11,049 nt of DNA from a virus. The DNA lies in UHGV virus genome UHGV-0229204; one strand, written 5' to 3'. The notes below the pieces were generated by a model, which had not been told where the DNA came from, searched no databases, and worked only from the letters and a program-made list of their open reading frames with translations. This document shows, piece after piece, positions 8,401 to 11,049 of the stretch. The number at the start of each line of letters is the position of its first letter. Position 1 is the stretch's first letter. The translations under genes and the position numbers were made by a program.

Positions 8401-8760
8401 CATCAGCGCCCGCTGAGACTCCGTGAAATCATCAGACGATTGGGAAGCCTGCTTTAGCCTGGCATTAACAGAGCTCCATTCATCGGCCAGCGATATAAGA
8501 TGACCAGTCGCAAATGCTCCAGCAAATGCACCTGCCATTCCCAGCGCTGAGGCCTTCGCGGTGTTTATTTGACTAGTTACCTCAGCTAAGGCACGCTGAG
8601 TTTCACGCGAAGCTGCGGCCGCTTGGCGTCCTCCAGTCTGCATTACCCGGTAATAGTCATTCCCCATTCTTGAAGCACGAGAAATTTCAGACTGAAATGA
8701 CTGAGAGTTTGCAGATATTTTGATGATCAGTTCGCGCAACGTAGCCATATTTTCACCCAT
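5494..8760 (-). CDS. H: Tail tape measure protein, lambda gpH-like (1088 aa from ATG 8760; 1084 aa if the ATG at 8748 is used)
   Basis: Longest ORF in the window. Ala/Gln-rich, coiled-coil-like N-terminal and central regions, and a C-terminal segment (..NWVDEATDYSSMAADGMKQAMGG..VLKIIQNVLVNMAVANGVSSIGS..GTAIQNAGANFTFNAKG..) that matches the lambda gpH C-terminus (..SEWEESATDSMSQVK..VLSMMTEILLKQAMVGIVGSIGS..GTAIQAAAAKFHFATGG..) from memory. Positioned between G-T and M. A T8 run directly abuts the first ATG, so the second ATG (MATLRELI.., preceded by GGTGA) may be the real start. Confidence 0.92.
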   Translation of the reverse strand: MGENMATLRELIIKISANSQSFQSEISRASRMGNDYYRVMQTGGRQAAAASRETQRALAEVTSQINTAKASALGMAGAFAGAFATGHLISLADEWSSVNARLKQASQSSDDFTESQRALMDISQRTGTAFSDNASLFARSAASMREYGYSSQQVLDVTEAISTGLKLSGASTAEASSVITQFSQALAQGVLRGEEFNSVNENGDRVIRALAAGMGVARKDLKAMADQGMLTADKVVPALISQLGTMRGEFEAMPQTVSAATTKVENAFMAWVGGANEATGATSALVAVLNTVSDNIDTVATAAGALAAIGGARYLGGMFGDLGNQTAQLIDARKNEIALASARAESATQSQRKAAADAIAAERAYQLSLSELELAKNTNAEATATQNSIAKRREMIAANSTLVQSNKAVSASQEALNRSTSVMNLFKSGATGLLSLVGGLPGILMLGAGAWYTMYQRQEQARESAIQYADTIEQVRDNLKSMSQTQISANLGQANISLDAQNSAIEQQKQKVAELSNQLYNAKLAANSASDGTWLYNDAVEKSAEFASELAVEEGRLEQMLNKRKQTQQLINDITDQAINKTVEMAGAVSSLTEMYDRLNKVSRQSTAVSPPKYAGPVLPALDNKQQQAIDKAQRQLELSGLKGLDKTRKQAEFDASDLNLPAGWREKYVSMEVESARQLQAIRDSSRHKGGKSEAEKTADAYDKLIKQQKEQIALQGQNTELAKVKYQVSQGELASLTEAQKKTLLQNAALIDQVKLREQLRNYEANLADSNASARAANEGQLLGYGQGTRFRERLQEQFNLRKEFEQKNTDLLRQRQAGEIDETFYQQGLALNKRYLDERLRDQEGYYAASDAQRDDWMTGLSEGYANWVDEATDYSSMAADGMKQAMGGAVTTITDMLNGNVDSWKDWGVSVLKIIQNVLVNMAVANGVSSIGSLFSFGASSAATASSGTAIQNAGANFTFNAKGNVYDSPSLSAYSNGVFQTPQLFAFAKGAGVFAEAGPEAIMPLTRAADGSLGVRAVGTPQVSGGMPSVNFGDINIQGGSSQAASQGTAGAAGRQLKDAITGVINEQASMPGSPLWRLIKGV

Positions 8761-8785
8761 AAAAAAAACCCGCTTGATAGCGGGT
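8761..8785 (-). terminator. Intrinsic-terminator-like hairpin: 7-bp stem ACCCGCT/AGCGGGT, 4-nt loop, then T8 on the minus strand, immediately 3' of the moron ORF and abutting the tape measure ATG
   Basis: Seen directly: plus strand 8761-8785 aaaaaaaa cccgct tgat agcgggt; the minus strand reads ACCCGCTATCAAGCGGGTTTTTTTT followed by ATGGGTGAAAATATGGCT. Confidence 0.6.
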
Positions 8786-8791
8786 CGTGAG

Positions 8792-8980
8792 TTATAAACT
8801 GTCTTTTCTTTTGTGAGCGACTTGTATTAATAAATCTATTTGCGCATCTTGTTTTTTATTTATCTCTTTAAGGGCTTCAACTTGTTCATTTGCCCTTGTG
8901 CTAAACCGTATTAAATAAAAAATCACAATTAGATTTATCAACCAGCCGAATATTCCAAACACTACTACCAGTGGTTCCAT
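8792..8980 (-). CDS. Small single-pass membrane protein (62 aa) encoded by an AT-rich moron between T and H; candidate YebO-like / HK97 gp15-like superinfection-exclusion protein
   Basis: ATG at 8980 preceded by a strong AAGGAGG (4-nt spacer). Product MEPLVVVFGIFGWLINLIVIFYLIRFSTRANEQVEALKEINKKQDAQIDLLIQVAHKRKDSL has an N-terminal hydrophobic helix and a charged helical tail. Local GC is about 30% against about 52-55% in flanking tail genes. Followed by the hairpin + T8. The track ORF 8792..9037 begins at an upstream alternative start with no RBS. Confidence 0.65.
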   Translation of the reverse strand: MEPLVVVFGIFGWLINLIVIFYLIRFSTRANEQVEALKEINKKQDAQIDLLIQVAHKRKDSL

Positions 8981-9004
8981 AACGCCTCCTTTTCTTAAGG
9001 AAAG

Positions 9005-9033
9005 AGCGTATCGCCACATTGATGACATGTGAA
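9005..9033 (-). promoter_or_regulatory. Candidate sigma70-type promoter for the moron: TTCACA, 17-nt spacer, TACGCT on the minus strand
   Basis: Minus-strand sequence TTCACA-TGTCATCAATGTGGCGA-TACGCT lies in the 57-nt T-moron intergenic gap, about 25 nt upstream of the moron RBS. The -10 is a weak match (3/6 to TATAAT). Pattern-based only. Confidence 0.25.
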
Positions 9034-9037
9034 GCAA

Positions 9038-9708
9038 TTATTGTGTCGCAGCTGTAAGAGCAGCCTCAAGCCCTGCAAACGGGTCCTTCGGTGCTGATTG
9101 CTCATCACCACCCCAGCGCAGGATCGCATCGTCCAGCGGTACTTTTGCCCCCTGCGAGCCGTAGATGGCAGAGACGAGCTGGGCTGCCTGAATGTCACCA
9201 CGGATATCGCCAACCGGACTTTGCCTGTCGTACTCAATCCACATCAGAAGCTCGCTTGCCGTCATATTCTGCCGAAGCTCTGAGAGCGTGCGCCCCATCC
9301 GGAGCGCAAGCGACATCAGAAACTTTACGCCGGGGGTTGAGACTTTTCCCGCGCTTCGTCCGCATTGTTGATCAGGTCAAGCGCCTGTTTGAGCAGGCGT
9401 GAATGGACGGGGCCGTAGATTTCACGCACCTGCTCTTCTTCGTCTACGCTGAATACCGGCTGCTTATCGGTGTCACACAGAACGTCAATGAAGAGCACCA
9501 CGTCAGCGCAAAGATTACGGTGTGCCTTTTCCGATACCGACACATTTTCATCATCAGTACCCGCTTTCACCACCTCCTGCCAGCGCAGCCAGGCTTCACC
9601 TGACGGCTCACGCAGAACCACTTTGACGCCCTCCCACTCAGGAACGGCGACCGTCTTATGACGAAATCCCGACATCTTAGCCAGGGCGAGATTTTTAATA
9701 TTCTTCAT
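9038..9708 (-). CDS. T: Tail assembly chaperone G-T fusion, made by a programmed -1 ribosomal frameshift near the end of G; the T segment is ORF 9038..9351 in the -1 frame
   Basis: The downstream ORF (..MSLALRMGRTLSELRQNMTASELLMWIEYDRQSP..) is in the -1 frame relative to G, overlaps the G 3' end, and has no RBS before its internal ATG at 9316. The -1 frame is open from a TGA at 9379-9377 through the G stop. A GGGAAAAG slippery-like run sits at 9343-9350. This matches the conserved G/GT arrangement upstream of tape measure genes. Confidence 0.75.
9325..9708 (-). CDS. G: Tail assembly chaperone, lambda gpG-like (127 aa)
   Basis: ATG at 9708 with GAGAGG 6 nt upstream. Acidic small protein (..VDEEEQVREIYGPVHSRLLKQALDLINNADEAREKSQPPA) located between the major tail gene and the T frame, with the slippery site near its 3' end. 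Confidence 0.8.
   Translation of the reverse strand: MKNIKNLALAKMSGFRHKTVAVPEWEGVKVVLREPSGEAWLRWQEVVKAGTDDENVSVSEKAHRNLCADVVLFIDVLCDTDKQPVFSVDEEEQVREIYGPVHSRLLKQALDLINNADEAREKSQPPA
9343..9351 (-). promoter_or_regulatory. Putative -1 programmed frameshift slippery site, minus strand C GGG AAA AG (zero-frame codons CGG GAA AAG)
   Basis: Seen directly at the G 3' end. Resembles the lambda G GGA AAG site but is offset by one nucleotide and has an extra A. An A-site tRNA-Lys slip from AAG to AAA is possible. Confidence 0.5.
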
Positions 9709-9716
9709 GCGACCTC

Positions 9717-10160
9717 TCAGGAGCCAGACTCGATGTTTTCAGGCTTACCTTTCAGGCGCAGGGAGAACGTTGCCGCAACTACGCCGTTGGTACCGGAAGA
9801 CCAGGTGTGCTGGCGGATTTCAGCCAGGAACTTAAAGCCCTTGCCGGACGGGAAGATAACCTGGAAAGCGTAGGTCGTATCGTTGTCATACGCTTCACGC
9901 AAGGCGTCCTGCGCCGGGTTTTTGTAGAAGTTGCCGGACAGAGAGATTTCTGACGGAGAAGGCAGGCCGTTGATGTTCTCCTGCTCGGTAGAGCAAAGCG
10001 TGGTTACGTCGATATCCTGCTTCTGGCCACCAGTGAACTGAATTTCTTTGATGGTGCAACTCAGATCGAGGAAGGTTGCGGTATCCATCGTTTCTTTGGT
10101 GGCTGGCGCAGAGGAAATAAGGATCTTCGTCAGCTGCGATTTTTCATAAAGTGCAGACAT
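9717..10160 (-). CDS. Major tail tube protein (147 aa), homologous to the lambda gpV N-terminal tube domain, with no C-terminal Ig-like domain
   Basis: ATG at 10160 with AGGAGA 7 nt upstream. ..DNDTTYAFQVIFPSGKGFKFLAEI.. resembles lambda V ..[23 protein letters not shown]... Sits directly upstream of G, as V does in lambda. The stop TGA overlaps the G RBS. Confidence 0.8.
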   Translation of the reverse strand: MSALYEKSQLTKILISSAPATKETMDTATFLDLSCTIKEIQFTGGQKQDIDVTTLCSTEQENINGLPSPSEISLSGNFYKNPAQDALREAYDNDTTYAFQVIFPSGKGFKFLAEIRQHTWSSGTNGVVAATFSLRLKGKPENIESGS

Positions 10161-10172
10161 AGCTGTCTCCTG

Positions 10173-10201
10173 GTAAAAGAAAACCCGCCATTAAGCGGGT
10201 T
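10173..10201 (-). terminator. Intrinsic-terminator-like hairpin upstream of the major tail gene: 7-bp stem AACCCGC/GCGGGTT, 6-nt loop, then TTTTCTTTT on the minus strand
   Basis: Seen directly: plus strand 10182-10201 aacccgc cattaa gcgggtt. The minus strand continues TTTCTTTTACCAGGAGACAGCTATG. Same ACCCGC/GCGGGT stem core as the hairpin at 8761-8785. Confidence 0.5.
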
Positions 10202-10219
10202 CGTTGGGTGAATGATTTA

Positions 10220-10567
10220 TCAAGGTGTAACTTTAAAATCCAGGGTGGCACGGTATAGCCGATAATATGGCTCGTATCCGGGGATTTTTACCACCTCTGT
10301 AGGGTTTAACGACTTAAGCGAAGCAAGCGCCAAATCTCTCAGAGATCGTGATTCAGTGATCGTTGTGGCATACACATCGACCTGAACGGAAACCCTGCTC
10401 TCTGCCTGGCCACACATCACGTCAGCGGAAACATCATCGACGATGGAAAAGATAATCCAGGGTGGAGTGACCGACGGTTTCCCGTCACTACCTAATGGCG
10501 CAACATAGGGATATACCCGTCCTTCTGCCAGGGGAGAAAGCAAGGCGTAGATATTATCTTCATTCAC
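10220..10567 (-). CDS. Putative tail terminator / tail completion protein, assigned by its gpU-like position; 115 aa
   Basis: ORF with GTG start at 10567 forming a GTGA overlap with the upstream stop, so translationally coupled. Lies between the HK97 gp10-like gene and the major tail gene, where lambda has U. I cannot confirm sequence similarity to lambda U by eye; the function is inferred from synteny. Confidence 0.6.
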   Translation of the reverse strand: MNEDNIYALLSPLAEGRVYPYVAPLGSDGKPSVTPPWIIFSIVDDVSADVMCGQAESRVSVQVDVYATTITESRSLRDLALASLKSLNPTEVVKIPGYEPYYRLYRATLDFKVTP

Positions 10568-11013
10568 TTGCTCAATACCTCATCAATAGCCTGACTCATC
10601 CTGGCAATGGCGACGCTGGCGGCCTCTTCCTCGCGCGTATCGTAAGCGGGTCGCACAAACGGATGTGCAGGCATGTTCGCGGTGCCCATTTCTACGAATC
10701 GCCAGTAAAAGGCGTTTCTCGGGTTATTCGCCTTCATCGTGTTATCGCTGTTGCCGGTGCGCGGGTTAACGCCACGAATATGGACGCCGGAAGAAATTTC
10801 CCCGCGGCGACGGCTTTTTTGGGTCACCACCACCACGTTTTTTTTCAGTTTCCCGGTGCGCACCGGTGCACGGGCGATCACTTCTTCCTTAAGCACTTCG
10901 GCGCCGGCGCGCGTGGCATCACGCAGAACCTTGTTGTTTTCAGCGCGGCTAAGCGCCTCCAGGTCTTTTGCTATGTCATTTAACCCAGAAAAATCGAGGC
11001 TCGTCTCAATCAT
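10564..11013 (-). CDS. HK97 gp10-family head-tail joining / tail-component protein (149 aa from ATG 11013)
   Basis: The track ORF starts at TTG 11034. The ATG at 11013 is preceded by GGGGA and forms an ATGA overlap with the upstream gene stop. Product MIETSLDFSGLNDIAKDLEALSRAEN...TGKLKKNVVV...FYWRFVEMGTANMPAHPFVRPAYD.. fits the HK97 gp10-like family pattern as I recall it. Confidence 0.75.
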   Translation of the reverse strand: MIETSLDFSGLNDIAKDLEALSRAENNKVLRDATRAGAEVLKEEVIARAPVRTGKLKKNVVVVTQKSRRRGEISSGVHIRGVNPRTGNSDNTMKANNPRNAFYWRFVEMGTANMPAHPFVRPAYDTREEEAASVAIARMSQAIDEVLSK

Positions 11014-11049
11014 TTTTCGGTCCCCTGTTTGCAAAGAATTTCAAGCTGG
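11010..11049 (-). CDS. 3' end of an upstream minus-strand gene, probably a head-tail connector or head completion protein; only 12 codons visible
   Basis: Open frame from the window end reading ..QLEILCKQGTEK then TGA at 11012-11010, which overlaps the next ATG as ATGA. Far too short to assign a function; the call rests on the operon context. Confidence 0.4.
   Translation of the reverse strand, partial: QLEILCKQGTEK

Noticed and set aside
8792-9037. Longer 81-aa version of the moron ORF starting at 9037
   Set aside because: The upstream start has no Shine-Dalgarno and would place the candidate promoter inside the coding region. The internal ATG at 8980 has a near-perfect AAGGAGG and yields a protein that begins directly at the transmembrane helix, so I prefer the 62-aa form.
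8995-9402. ORFs 8995-9237 (minus), 9091-9402 (plus) and 9098-9283 (plus) overlapping the T region
   Set aside because: They overlap the T frame, which is supported by the conserved G/-1 T architecture; no independent support.
10495-10983. 162-aa plus-strand ORF overlapping the HK97 gp10-like gene
   Set aside because: Opposite strand of a gene with convincing family features and translational coupling; no RBS; His/Arg/Gly-rich translation typical of a shadow frame.
1-11049. CRISPR arrays, tRNA/tmRNA genes, att sites, integrase or transposase genes, toxin-antitoxin pairs, restriction-modification or other defence enzymes
   Set aside because: I found no regularly spaced direct repeats, no tRNA-like cloverleaf candidates and no ORFs with nuclease, methylase, recombinase or ATPase motifs. 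All substantial ORFs are accounted for by tail structural genes plus one small moron.

Overview
This window is a near-complete tail-morphogenesis module of a lambdoid (HK97/lambda-like) siphovirus or prophage from an enterobacterial host, encoded entirely on the minus strand. Reading 5'->3' on the minus strand (high to low coordinates): the 3' end of an upstream head-tail gene, an HK97 gp10-family protein, a gpU-position tail terminator candidate, a short major tail tube protein, the G / G-T tail assembly chaperone pair with a -1 frameshift site, a small AT-rich membrane-protein moron, a 1084-1088 aa tape measure protein (H), then M, L, K, I and the N-terminal ~1014 codons of the J-like central tail fibre, which runs off the window start. 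Genes are tightly packed with ATGA/GTGA/TAATG stop-start overlaps. The most interesting features are the moron between T and H, which resembles the YebO / HK97 gp15 superinfection-exclusion family as far as I can recall; three hairpin + T-tract terminator-like structures inside the operon; a low-GC mosaic segment inside the tape measure gene; and a non-canonical G-T slippery site. I see no CRISPR array, tRNA, integrase or recognisable defence-system enzyme; apart from the moron this is a conventional tail gene cluster. All plus-strand ORFs in the track look like antisense shadow ORFs. All homology statements are from reading the translations and from memory of the lambda/HK97 families; no database search was run.
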